Source: a bacterium (GTDB lineage: Bacteria; Patescibacteriota; Patescibacteriia; JAGPKW01). From it: a stretch of 64,000 nt of DNA. The position numbers and the translations under genes are program-made. The stretch's first letter is position 1; each line of letters starts with the position of its first letter. The notes beneath the pieces were generated by a model. That model was not told the origin of the DNA, made no database searches, and saw nothing but the letters and a program-made list of their open reading frames with translations. The stretch lies in NCBI GenBank assembly GCA_021780535.1, contig JAJXYN010000009.1:75610-139609 (forward strand), read 5' to 3'. This document shows, piece by piece, positions 39,088 to 48,300 of the stretch.

Positions 39088-40401
39088 CTACAAAAGTCTT
39101 GCTACTTTCTCGGCTATTTCAGACCTAACAACTTTTATTAGCTTTATAAAACAAAAATCGTTTTCATTAATAAATGCTCTAATAAAGTTGGAGAATCCAT
39201 TTGAATATTTATCCAAATACATATCATCCATTTGATCTAAATCTCCGGTTAGTACAACCTTTGATCCTTCACCACTTCTAGAAACCAACGTTTTCATTAT
39301 ATGTCTAGTTGTATTTTGTGACTCATCAATTATTATGTAAGATTTTGGCCAAGTTGCTCCTCTTGCATATTGTACTGTTTGTATTTCTATTATTCCATTT
39401 TTTATCAATTCTTCTGCTTTCTTACAATTAAAAGGCCTATTTTTTTTCTCCATACTTTTGATTTGAGACAATATAAAGTCCACATTATTCATAATTCCAG
39501 CCATCCATGGGTTTATTTTTTGACTAATGTCTCCAGGAGTAAAACCTAAATCTGATTTTTGATCTACGGGGATAGTGTGCCTGATTACTATGATTTTTTC
39601 ATAATCACCATTTATATATCCAAGCAAACCAGCCATTAAAGCTAATAGGGTTTTCCCAGTGCCAGCCACCCCAGATAATGCAACAAAATTTATTTTTTTG
39701 TCCATGCAAGCTATTAATGCACAATCTTGTTCTGGATTTAAGCTATGAATCTTGAAAGAATCTTCAAATAAGTTCTCAGCCCAAATCGCTTCTGATCTAG
39801 TGTTTTCATTTACTATTTTTATATATTTACCTTTTTCTGGTTCTTGGTATCTAACAGACTTTATTCCATTTGTATAATTATCTTTTCTTTTGAAAACTTT
39901 TCCATATTTTTCAAAAAGATCTGTTTTATCATTTTGGTAATCCTGTGCCACAACACCTATTGATGTTGCTTTTATTCTCATATTTATGTCTTTACTTACT
40001 AATATAACTTTTCTGTTTGTTTTAAGAGCTACTTGCTTATCCTGATATTCTTTGGCTATAGAAATAATATAATTATCAATTTTATCAATTTTAAATATAT
40101 TATTACTATCATAACTAGATATTATAAGCTTACCTAAACCCTTACCTCTTTTTTTGCCATTTGCCGAAAGCGTAAGTATTTTTTCAATTATCTTCACTGC
40201 AACTCTAGCATATTTTCCTCTACTTGAATCTTCTGTTTTTATTTTATCTAATTCTTCCAATACAGCAAATGGTATTAATATATCATTTTCTTCAAAAGCA
40301 TACAGAGAATATGGATCATGTATTAGAACATTTGTATCTAATACATAGATTTTTGTTAAATTACTGACCTTACCAGAAGCACCACTGGATTGACTCTTCA
40401 T
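39088..40401 (-). CDS. PhoH2-type protein (N-terminal PIN domain fused to a PhoH-like ATPase)
   Basis: PIN VLDTNVLIHDPYSL...VLEELD. P-loop LSGVAGTGKTLLAL. PhoH-like C-terminus. Confidence 0.75.
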   Translation of the reverse strand: MKSQSSGASGKVSNLTKIYVLDTNVLIHDPYSLYAFEENDILIPFAVLEELDKIKTEDSSRGKYARVAVKIIEKILTLSANGKKRGKGLGKLIISSYDSNNIFKIDKIDNYIISIAKEYQDKQVALKTNRKVILVSKDINMRIKATSIGVVAQDYQNDKTDLFEKYGKVFKRKDNYTNGIKSVRYQEPEKGKYIKIVNENTRSEAIWAENLFEDSFKIHSLNPEQDCALIACMDKKINFVALSGVAGTGKTLLALMAGLLGYINGDYEKIIVIRHTIPVDQKSDLGFTPGDISQKINPWMAGIMNNVDFILSQIKSMEKKNRPFNCKKAEELIKNGIIEIQTVQYARGATWPKSYIIIDESQNTTRHIMKTLVSRSGEGSKVVLTGDLDQMDDMYLDKYSNGFSNFIRAFINENDFCFIKLIKVVRSEIAEKVARLL

Positions 40402-40463
40402 CGTAAATTCCTCCCAATATTCGTATTTTGCATTATAAACATTACTCCTTTTATAGCTTTTGT

Positions 40464-40826
40464 CTATACATTAATTATTTCTAATAACTTATTTTTTGTA
40501 ATTGGCTTACATAAATATAAAATATTCAACTTTGAAATAATATTTTTATATTTATCAATATTTGATGAAATAAATATTATTTTATTTAATTTTTTTATTT
40601 TTTGTAATTCTATAATCATATCAACACCAGATATTATTGGCATCTCTATATCTGTAATTATAATATCATAATCATTATTTAAAATATCGTTAAATGCTTC
40701 TTCGGAATTGCTGAAATATGATATTTTATAATTTATATTTTTTCTAAATATAAATTTAATAGAATTTAAAACATCAACATCATCATCAATTATGATAATG
40801 CTTTTAGTCGCGTTGGATTTTGTCAT
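40464..40826 (-). CDS. Stand-alone receiver (CheY-like REC) domain protein
   Basis: 120 aa. IIIIDDDVDVLNSIK...DIIITDIEMPIISGVD...IIFISS is the receiver fold with the phospho-acceptor Asp. No output domain. Confidence 0.7.
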   Translation of the reverse strand: MTKSNATKSIIIIDDDVDVLNSIKFIFRKNINYKISYFSNSEEAFNDILNNDYDIIITDIEMPIISGVDMIIELQKIKKLNKIIFISSNIDKYKNIISKLNILYLCKPITKNKLLEIINV

Positions 40827-40940
40827 GTTTTGAGATTATTACATAACCAAAAAACCCTCTATCAAGAGATATGGCTTTTGGCCAACCAACGCGACATTGG
40901 TCTCTCTTGGATAGAGGGATTTTTAGTCGCGTTGGATTTT
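40802..40940 (-). promoter_or_regulatory. Structured 5' leader of the REC gene: terminator-like hairpin plus a 10-nt motif present three times
   Basis: A 20-nt perfect direct repeat ttttagtcgcgttggatttt sits at 40802-40821 (codons 2-8 of the REC gene) and at 40921-40940. Between them is a 15-bp stem ccctctatcaagaga/tctcttgGatagaggg whose 33-nt loop carries ccaacgcgac, the exact complement of the repeat core. On the mRNA strand the hairpin is followed by UUUUUUGG. Confidence 0.45.
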
Positions 40941-40965
40941 AATTAATTAGATTATATAACAAATA

Positions 40966-41601
40966 CTAAATAAAATCAAACCTGCCATGAAATAATTTAT
41001 TTCTTTTAGTATTTATTGTGTTTAGTATATTTAAGTTTTTTATATTATTATCAAATAATACCCCTAAATCCTCCCAATTTTTTAAAATAATATCTTTTAT
41101 ATCTATAAAATCTGCATAAAAAATGTAATGAAAACGATTATTATCAAATTTTGATCTTTTAATACATATATCTGAAATTTTTTTATCTATATTATTAAAC
41201 CACCAATCCGAACCATATTTAGTGGATAATATTTTAATTATTTTTTTTCTTAAAATGTTTTCATATACTATAAATTTTTTATAAAAGAATATATTTTTAT
41301 TTATTAAAAAATCAGAATATAATATTTTCAAATTTTTAAATTTATTTATTGTTGTTTTTCTTATTTTATTAATGTATATGCTTCTTGTTTCTACTTTAAT
41401 AAATAAATTATTTATATTTTTAAATAATATAAATTTTATAATAATAAAATCATTGTAAGAATAAAATATTTTTCTATCATCATATTCTTTATATTTTAAA
41501 TTATTAATAAGATTTAACTTTAATATTAAAGTATATATATCAAAACAGATAAGTTTATAATCCTTAAATATTAAAGTATATTCTTCTTTTTGTAATCTCA
41601 T
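40966..41601 (-). CDS. Hypothetical protein with a C-terminal HEPN-type Rx4HG motif (putative RNase / Abi-like)
   Basis: 211 aa. The C-terminus ...NTKRNKLFHGRFDFI fits the HEPN (Swt1/Abi_2-like) R-x4-H-G signature. Its start overlaps the stop of the RadC-like gene (41598-41601). Confidence 0.4.
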   Translation of the reverse strand: MRLQKEEYTLIFKDYKLICFDIYTLILKLNLINNLKYKEYDDRKIFYSYNDFIIIKFILFKNINNLFIKVETRSIYINKIRKTTINKFKNLKILYSDFLINKNIFFYKKFIVYENILRKKIIKILSTKYGSDWWFNNIDKKISDICIKRSKFDNNRFHYIFYADFIDIKDIILKNWEDLGVLFDNNIKNLNILNTINTKRNKLFHGRFDFI

Positions 41602-42233
41602 ATAATACCTTTATCTTTAAAACTTATAAAAGAATTATCTTTTATAATTATAAAATCAACAAACAAAATATCTAAAAATATACTTTTTTCTTTCAAATTT
41701 GTTGCAAATTTTATAAAATCTTTATTTGTATCTATTTCTTTTGACCCACAAACAATAAAAAATTTTTTAAAATCCAATTCAAATAGCAATTTAAATATTT
41801 TTTTTATATCATAATCTAGAATATTTTCACCTAGATAAATTAAATTCTTATTAATTATTTTATTTTGGTTATTTAAAACAATTAAATAGAATTCTGTTAT
41901 TTTAAGATTTAATAAATATTTAAAATTTTCGTATATTTTTTTTGATGAATTAATAAAAATATCTTCGTTTTTGTCAAATATTCTCCTGCCTATTTCTATG
42001 CAAGAACAAATCTGTGAAGCCTTTACTATTGGTATCTTTAATTGTTCCACAATTTGTTCTACTGATTTAAATATTGTTAAGTCTGCACCATAATCTTTAA
42101 TTACTCTATCAGAAATATCAAAAACTGATTCCGATTTTGATCCATTATTTAATATAATTGATAACAATTCCTTCATTTCTAAATATCTTGGACCAAGTCT
42201 TAATAACTTTTCTCTTGGTAACTCTATTTCCAT
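41598..42233 (-). CDS. RadC-like (JAB/MPN) protein with degenerate JAMM motif
   Basis: The N-terminus LPREKLLRLGPRYLEMKELLSIILNNGSKSESVFDISDRVIKDYGADL...IEIGRRIF aligns with the RadC HhH region (PRE+LL..G...L.D.ELLAILLRTG..G..V..LA..LL..FG.L....ELARR). At the JAMM position HNHPSG..S..D the sequence reads FIVCGSKEID-TNKD. Confidence 0.5.
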   Translation of the reverse strand: MEIELPREKLLRLGPRYLEMKELLSIILNNGSKSESVFDISDRVIKDYGADLTIFKSVEQIVEQLKIPIVKASQICSCIEIGRRIFDKNEDIFINSSKKIYENFKYLLNLKITEFYLIVLNNQNKIINKNLIYLGENILDYDIKKIFKLLFELDFKKFFIVCGSKEIDTNKDFIKFATNLKEKSIFLDILFVDFIIIKDNSFISFKDKGII

Positions 42234-42369
42234 TTTTTATTAATATTAATTTATTAATAAAAACATTATATATAAAAATAATTTTAAGAAAATTAAAAAA
42301 CGTATTAATAATATATTAATATTTAAATTCTTATTCTAAGATAAGTTATTTTTTTGCTTGTGTATAAAA

Positions 42370-42400
42370 AAATTTCAGATTGTACTGAAATTTTTAAAAA
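42370..42400 (-). terminator. Intrinsic terminator after rubrerythrin
   Basis: aaatttcag-attgta-ctgaaattt followed on the minus strand by tttttttatac. Confidence 0.5.
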
Positions 42401-42451
42401 GATTTATATTTGTTTTATAAATATAAATCATGTAGCTATTTTATTTTTTTA

Positions 42452-43024
42452 TTAAAACTGTTCTTCCATTACTTGAAAAAATGATTTTTCATGATCACAA
42501 CATGGGCATTTTTCTAAAGCATTTTCTGAAAAATACATGTAACCACATTCTCTACAAACCCAAAATACTTTTTCATCTTTTTTAAATACTTTCCCATCTT
42601 GTAAATTTTTTAGCAATTTTTCATATCTTTCTTTGTGATGCTTTTCGGCTTGAGCTATTAATTTAAGCTTTGCTGCTATTTTTGTTAAACCTTCATCTTC
42701 TGCTATTTTTGCAAATTCTGGATACATACTTTCCCATTCGTGAGTTTCTCCATCTATAGCATATTGTAAATTATCTTCTGTCTTACCAAAACCAGTTGGC
42801 ACTCCTGTTTCTATTTTTAATTCTTTTACATCTCCTTTCAATTCTTGAATGAGTTTAAACAATGTTTTAGCATGTGTTCTTTCTTGATTTGATGTTTCTT
42901 CAAATATAGAAGCTATCTGTTCATAACCTTCTTCTCTAGCTATTTTTGAATAAATATTATATCTGTTCCTAGCTTGGCTTTCCCCAACGAATGCTTTTGC
43001 TAAATTCTCTAATGTTTTATTCAT
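42452..43024 (-). CDS. Rubrerythrin (ferritin-like diiron domain plus C-terminal rubredoxin-like Cys4)
   Basis: ENLAKAFVGESQARNRY...EETSNQERTHAK. C-terminal CRECGY...CPCCDH. The ORF extends to 43111, but the homologous start is MNKTLENL at 43024. Confidence 0.8.
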   Translation of the reverse strand: MNKTLENLAKAFVGESQARNRYNIYSKIAREEGYEQIASIFEETSNQERTHAKTLFKLIQELKGDVKELKIETGVPTGFGKTEDNLQYAIDGETHEWESMYPEFAKIAEDEGLTKIAAKLKLIAQAEKHHKERYEKLLKNLQDGKVFKKDEKVFWVCRECGYMYFSENALEKCPCCDHEKSFFQVMEEQF

Positions 43025-43168
43025 ATAATTTATGTTATATTGTTTATAAATACATTTTATAATATATCTTTTTAAATAACAACCTTTTGATAATATTTTC
43101 CCCTTGCACAAACATAATTTTTCTGCTAGAATATCTTTAATATTTTAATAATTTTAACAGACAAGAGA

Positions 43169-43582
43169 ATGCCAAATAAAAAGAACGCAGAAAAAGCTTT
43201 AAGACAAAGTAAAAAAAGACAACAAGCTAATGATAAAATTAGATTTTCTATCCATGATATGAAAAGAAAAATAAGAAAAGCTTTAGAATCTAGTGCTTCT
43301 GCAGATGAATTGCAAAATCTTTATAAACAAGCTCAAATTTTATTAGACAAAGCTACTAAAAATAATGTTATAAAAAAGAATAATGCTTCTAGAAAAAAAG
43401 CTTCTATTTCTAATATGATAAGTAAATCATCTAAACCAGATAATTCTACTACTAAAAAAGTTGCTACAAAGAAAGCTACTACAAAGAAAACTACTACTAA
43501 AAAAGTTGCTACAAAGAAAGCCACTACAAAGAAAACTACTACTAAAAAAGTTGCTACAAAGAAAGCTACTGCTAAAAAATAA
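43169..43582 (+). CDS. rpsT: 30S ribosomal protein S20 with a Lys/Thr/Ala-rich tandem-repeat C-terminal tail
   Basis: The N-terminal 85 aa (MPNKKNAEKALRQSKKRQQANDKIRFSIHDMKRKIRKALE...) match S20. The tail is three 15-aa units KKVATKKATTKKTTT, encoded by a 45-nt tandem repeat. Confidence 0.85.
   Translation: MPNKKNAEKALRQSKKRQQANDKIRFSIHDMKRKIRKALESSASADELQNLYKQAQILLDKATKNNVIKKNNASRKKASISNMISKSSKPDNSTTKKVATKKATTKKTTTKKVATKKATTKKTTTKKVATKKATAKK
43447..43578 (+). repeat. 45-nt tandem repeat (about 2.9 copies) inside rpsT
   Basis: actactaaaaaagttgctacaaagaaagc(t/c)actacaaagaaaact, near-perfect copies. Confidence 0.7.
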
Positions 43583-43599
43583 TTTTAGTAAAATATATA

Positions 43600-43634
43600 A
43601 AATGAAAGCGGTTATGCCGCTTTCATTTATTTAA
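43600..43634 (+). terminator. Intrinsic terminator after rpsT
   Basis: gaaagcgg-ttat-gccgctttc followed by atttattt. Confidence 0.6.
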
Positions 43635-43651
43635 AACTTAATGAGAAATAA

Positions 43652-44728
43652 ATGTCATTATCCGTCGGAATTGTAGGCTTACCAAATGTTGGAAAATCTA
43701 CATTATTTAAAGCAATTACAAAAAAACAGGTTGATATAGCAAACTATCCATTCTGTACTATAGAACCAAATATTGGAATAATAGAAGTCCCAGATGAAAG
43801 ATTAGATAAACTTAAAGAAGTCTCAAAAGCTCTTAAAATAGTAAATGCTACAATTAAATTTTATGACATAGCTGGTCTTGTGAAAGGTGCTAGTTCTGGG
43901 GAAGGTCTTGGAAATAAATTTCTTTCACACATAAAAGAAGTTGATGCCATAGCTCATGTTGTAAGATTTTTTGAAAATAATGATATAACTCATGTTAATG
44001 GGAATATAGATCCAAAGAGAGATGCCGATATTATAAATTTAGAGCTTATACTTTCTGATTTAGAAGTTGTAAAAAAAAGAATTGAGGCGGTTGAAAAAAA
44101 AGCACGAATTGGTGATAAAGATTCTGTAATGAAACTTACTATATATAAAAAATTAGAAGAGGTTTTATTATCTGAAAAGATGCTTCATAATGAAACTTTT
44201 GAAGATGATTATATTGATGTTATTAAGGAATTAAATTTAATAACTATAAAACCAATGTTTTTTATTGCTAATGTTTTAGAGTCTGATGTTAATAAAGAAT
44301 TTAAAATAGATGGTTATGAAAATTATAGAATAATTCCTATATCTGCAAAAATAGAATCTGAAATTTCTGAAATGGAAAATGAAGATGATAGAAAAATGTT
44401 CTTAGAAGAAATAGGGTTACAACAATCTGGATTAGACAAAGTTATAAAATTCTCATATTCTTTTTTAAATTTAATAACTTATTTTACCTCTGGAAAAGAA
44501 GAATCAAAAGCCTGGACAATTACAAAAGGAATGAACGCAAAAAGATCTGCTCGCGAAATTCATTCTGATATTGAAAATGGTTTTATAAGAGCAGAAATAG
44601 TTTCTTATAACGACTTTATAAATAACAAGGGATGGGACGGAGTAAAAAATTCCGGCGTTTGTAGAACCGAAGGGAAGGATTACATAATGCAAGATGGAGA
44701 TGTAGCTTATTTCTTGTTTAATAAATAG
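43652..44728 (+). CDS. ychF: Ribosome-binding ATPase YchF (Obg-family GTPase)
   Basis: G1 VGLPNVGKST, G3/G4 motifs. C-terminal TGS domain ending ...DGDVAYFLFNK. Confidence 0.88.
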   Translation: MSLSVGIVGLPNVGKSTLFKAITKKQVDIANYPFCTIEPNIGIIEVPDERLDKLKEVSKALKIVNATIKFYDIAGLVKGASSGEGLGNKFLSHIKEVDAIAHVVRFFENNDITHVNGNIDPKRDADIINLELILSDLEVVKKRIEAVEKKARIGDKDSVMKLTIYKKLEEVLLSEKMLHNETFEDDYIDVIKELNLITIKPMFFIANVLESDVNKEFKIDGYENYRIIPISAKIESEISEMENEDDRKMFLEEIGLQQSGLDKVIKFSYSFLNLITYFTSGKEESKAWTITKGMNAKRSAREIHSDIENGFIRAEIVSYNDFINNKGWDGVKNSGVCRTEGKDYIMQDGDVAYFLFNK

Positions 44729-44734
44729 ATAAAA

Positions 44735-44777
44735 AAATATAGTTGTCGCACGTATCACGACAACTATATTTTTTATT
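44735..44777. terminator. Bidirectional terminator between ychF and dgkA
   Basis: atatagttgtcg-cacgtat-cacgacaactatat flanked by A- and T-runs. Confidence 0.6.
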
Positions 44778-45202
44778 TAAATTATTTGATGGAACTTTAA
44801 TAATGCATAAATTTTTGGACCAAATACAACCATTCCAATTAATATCGCATAGAAAGTTGCTAACAAAACAGCTGCTGCAGCTGAATCTTTTGATATCATT
44901 GCTCCTCTATGAAATTCTTTTGTATAAATATTTATACTTTCTTCTATTGCCGTATTAATCAATTCTGATACTAAGACAAAGAAAATAGCCGACAAAACAA
45001 ACATTAATTCTGTTGAATTTATTTTAAAAAATATAGCTAAAAAACAAGTTATAAAACCTATTATTGTATGAGTAATAAAACTTGTATGATTTGCTACCGC
45101 TAATCTTAAACCATTAAAAGCATATCCAAATTTTTTCATTAATCTAAATAATTTATTACTTGTAATTTCTCCTTCAACTTTTTTTTGTAGGTCTTTATCC
45201 AT
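44777..45202 (-). CDS. dgkA: Diacylglycerol/undecaprenol kinase (DgkA family)
   Basis: 141 aa, three TM helices. Conserved ELINTAIEESINIY (E..NTAIE motif). Confidence 0.8.
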   Translation of the reverse strand: MDKDLQKKVEGEITSNKLFRLMKKFGYAFNGLRLAVANHTSFITHTIIGFITCFLAIFFKINSTELMFVLSAIFFVLVSELINTAIEESINIYTKEFHRGAMISKDSAAAAVLLATFYAILIGMVVFGPKIYALLKFHQII

Positions 45203-45215
45203 TTTATTATATATA

Positions 45216-46598
45216 TTAAATTTTTATAAATTTATATATTTCTCTATAAATTTTTTGATCCGTTCTAAAGTAAAGAATATTACTAAAGTCATTTTTTTGC
45301 AAATCTTTATTTAAATTATCTATGGATATATTTAAATTTTCTTTTACATTAATAGAATCATTAAAATTTATTTTTTTAAATTCCATTTTAGATATATCTT
45401 CTAAAATATTCAACTTAAAAAATGATATTTTTTTATTTAATTCAAATTTGAAAACTGGAAATATTATAACGACTTCCCCTTTTGATTTTAATATTTTTGA
45501 AAAAGAAAAAAATGCTTTTTTATACAAACCCTCTAGTTCTTTTATAACTGTTTTTATTTGATATTCATTTTTTATATTTATATCATTTGGACCTAGATAT
45601 GGCTCTGCCACTATTGTATTTATTGAATTATTTTCAAAAACATCTTGTAAAAACTGTACATCAAAATTAAATATATTTATAATTTTATTATCAAATTTTA
45701 TTAAATTATTAATTTTAATTTTATTATTTTCTAAATCTATTTTGCTGATTTCAGATTTTATATTTTTTTTATTAAGTAACCAATTTATATTAATAGTAGA
45801 ATCTTCTATGGCTTTTATTGATAAATCTGTACCAATAATATTTTTGTAATTTAATAATATTAATTCTTGCAACATTGTTCCACTTCCACAAAACGGATCT
45901 AATATTAAATTATCTTTATTTCCATTTGTAAGGTTAATCATCATTTTGCAAAGTTTTGGCGGCAACATTCCAGAATGAGAATCTCTATTTGGTCTCCCAA
46001 AATCTCTATTTCCGTAATCTTCAAAATCCTGTACAGCAAAAGTTCTTCCCACTAAATAATTATTGTTTGATTTTATAATAACTATTTCAAAACCATTATC
46101 ATGTAATAATTTATTTTTTGCAACTGTTACAGATGATAAATTATATTCATTTGAATCAACGAATCTACTGCTTTTCCCAAAATCTTTAAGTCCATTTTTT
46201 ATTTCTAAGCCAAATTTTTTTATATTAAAATTATTTTTATTTTGTTTTTCTAAATCAAAAAAACTAATCCCAAAAAATATTTTTGAATAATTTGAAAAAT
46301 AAGAATTTAAAAATTCTGCAGTATTTTTTGAATTTAAATTAGCAACATCAGCAACTATATTACCTATTTTTATAGTTCCTCCTAAATCATTTAAAATTTC
46401 TTTATAGTTTAATTCGTTTTCTGCTTTTATTTTTATTATTAATATTTCATCATCATATCTAAAACTCAATATACCGAGATTATTATTTTTTAAATAATTT
46501 AAAATCTCTAAAATAGATAGTTTACTATTTTTTCCTAACACAAAAAAATATTCTCTTATAGATCTATCATCTTCTGAAATATATATTTTATTAGACAT
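45216..46598 (-). CDS. Class I SAM-dependent RNA (N2-guanine-type) methyltransferase-like protein with a long C-terminal extension
   Basis: LILDPFCGSGTMLQE (motif I, Trm11/RlmL-like DPFCGSGT) is preceded by GRPNRDSHSGMLPPKLCKMMINL. The roughly 200-aa Asn/Lys-rich C-terminus has no assignable function. Confidence 0.5.
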   Translation of the reverse strand: MSNKIYISEDDRSIREYFFVLGKNSKLSILEILNYLKNNNLGILSFRYDDEILIIKIKAENELNYKEILNDLGGTIKIGNIVADVANLNSKNTAEFLNSYFSNYSKIFFGISFFDLEKQNKNNFNIKKFGLEIKNGLKDFGKSSRFVDSNEYNLSSVTVAKNKLLHDNGFEIVIIKSNNNYLVGRTFAVQDFEDYGNRDFGRPNRDSHSGMLPPKLCKMMINLTNGNKDNLILDPFCGSGTMLQELILLNYKNIIGTDLSIKAIEDSTININWLLNKKNIKSEISKIDLENNKIKINNLIKFDNKIINIFNFDVQFLQDVFENNSINTIVAEPYLGPNDINIKNEYQIKTVIKELEGLYKKAFFSFSKILKSKGEVVIIFPVFKFELNKKISFFKLNILEDISKMEFKKINFNDSINVKENLNISIDNLNKDLQKNDFSNILYFRTDQKIYREIYKFIKI

Positions 46599-46730
46599 TT
46601 TATTTATTTATTTTTTACATAACAAGTATAACTCTTTATTACTATATTTTCAAGATTTTTTATGTTCTACAAAATGTTTCACAAAATAATACTATAAATA
46701 TAAAAAGAGCTGTTAATAGGCTCTTATGGG

Positions 46731-47546
46731 TTAAAATACCTTCTTTTTACCATTTGAGGTATCATAAACATGAATTTTTAGATTAATGTTCTTTCTCTCT
46801 CTATTTAAAATACTAGTTAATAATATATTTACTGTTCTTGAATCGTCATCAGAAATACCAATATGCATACCACGTTCTAAAAATGTCATTCTATTTTCAA
46901 CATGCATATTTGATAGTATTTTTTCAAACTCTTGTTTTACATATTCACAAAATACTTCAAATGCTTTTGGTTTAAATACTCCTGGGTCATGACACTCTTT
47001 AACCCCTAAAACTTCCATAGCGGATTCATCATTTTCCATTCCGTAAAATCTACAAATATTTATATAATAATCCAATATTTCTTCATTCGTCAGACTAGAA
47101 TTATCAATATCCAAAAAATCCATATACGCTCTCTGATTTTTAATCAATGATATATAATCCAACCCATCAAAATTAGATAAAATCATTTCTTTGGCTGCTT
47201 TTTTAAAAGCAGACCTAGAATGACCTCGCGCTGTATTCCATGCAAATATAGACGCATTGTTAACACATTCTACAAAATCTTGCCACGATGAAGCTCGTGT
47301 TGATTCAAGTATTTGCTTAACAAATAGGTCATCATTTTCTTTTCTAAAATTAATCATTGATTTATAATAATCTATTTCATTAAAATACCCAAATTCTAAA
47401 AGATTAGTTCTTATAAAAGCAAATCTTTCAGTAGAAACTTCATCCCAGTCCCCATTTAATTTTTGTAAAAATATTGTGGTATTTAGTGTTCTTAGATTAT
47501 TATCTATATCAAATACATAAGCTCTAAACATATCTTGTTGTTTCAT
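46731..47546 (-). CDS. Hypothetical protein (271 aa)
   Basis: ORF with coherent composition. No motif recognised. Confidence 0.4.
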   Translation of the reverse strand: MKQQDMFRAYVFDIDNNLRTLNTTIFLQKLNGDWDEVSTERFAFIRTNLLEFGYFNEIDYYKSMINFRKENDDLFVKQILESTRASSWQDFVECVNNASIFAWNTARGHSRSAFKKAAKEMILSNFDGLDYISLIKNQRAYMDFLDIDNSSLTNEEILDYYINICRFYGMENDESAMEVLGVKECHDPGVFKPKAFEVFCEYVKQEFEKILSNMHVENRMTFLERGMHIGISDDDSRTVNILLTSILNRERKNINLKIHVYDTSNGKKKVF

Positions 47547-47647
47547 AATATTCTCCTTTCTTTGTGTTGTGCGTATTATAATATCATTAAATTGGAAAAA
47601 AAATCAAATTTAATATAGAATTGTTAAATAATAATTTAAATTAATTT

Positions 47648-48277
47648 ATGTTGTCTGGTATAGTTTCAACTCTTTTGAGTATTTTCTTAAAAATGGGATA
47701 CGCTGGAATTGTTATTTTAATGGCTTTTGAAAGTTCTATAATACCAATACCATCAGAATTAGTAATACCTCCTTTTGCATATTTAGCACATGGTGGTGAT
47801 TTTAATATAATATTAGTTATATTATTTGGCACTACTGGGAATTTAATAGGTGCTTTAATAAATTATTTTATATCGGCTAGTCTTGGAAGATTTGTTGTTT
47901 ATAAATTAGTTAATACAAAAATAGCAAACTTACTACTAATTAATGAAAAGAAGCTGGAAATTGCTGAAAATTATTTTAATAAAAATGGTGAAATATCAAT
48001 ATTTCTAGCTAGATTAATTCCAGTTGTTAGACATTTGATATCCATACCTGCTGGACTTTCTAAAATGAATATTATTAAATTTTCTATATTTACAGTATTA
48101 GGATCTTTAACATGGAATACAATACTAGCAATATTAGGATACTCTATCGGATCTAATAAAGAATTAATAATTAAATACTCTTCACAAATTGGATATATAA
48201 CTATAATTATCGGAATTATTTCTGTGATAATTATAACTATTGTAAATATGAATAAAAAAAGAAAAAGTGACAAATAA
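47648..48277 (+). CDS. DedA-family membrane protein
   Basis: AFESSIIPIPSELVIPPFAYLA...ARLIPVVRHLISIPAG is the DedA/SNARE-associated signature. Confidence 0.75.
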   Translation: MLSGIVSTLLSIFLKMGYAGIVILMAFESSIIPIPSELVIPPFAYLAHGGDFNIILVILFGTTGNLIGALINYFISASLGRFVVYKLVNTKIANLLLINEKKLEIAENYFNKNGEISIFLARLIPVVRHLISIPAGLSKMNIIKFSIFTVLGSLTWNTILAILGYSIGSNKELIIKYSSQIGYITIIIGIISVIIITIVNMNKKRKSDK

Positions 48278-48300
48278 ACCAGTCACTTAAAAAAATATAC

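Noticed and set aside
42452-43111. Extended 219-aa rubrerythrin ORF starting at 43111
   Set aside because: The first 29 residues (MCKGKILSKGCYLKRYIIKCIYKQYNINY) are Cys/Tyr/Lys-rich junk lying ahead of the conserved MNKTLENLAKAF start. The shorter start at 43024 is the more likely one.
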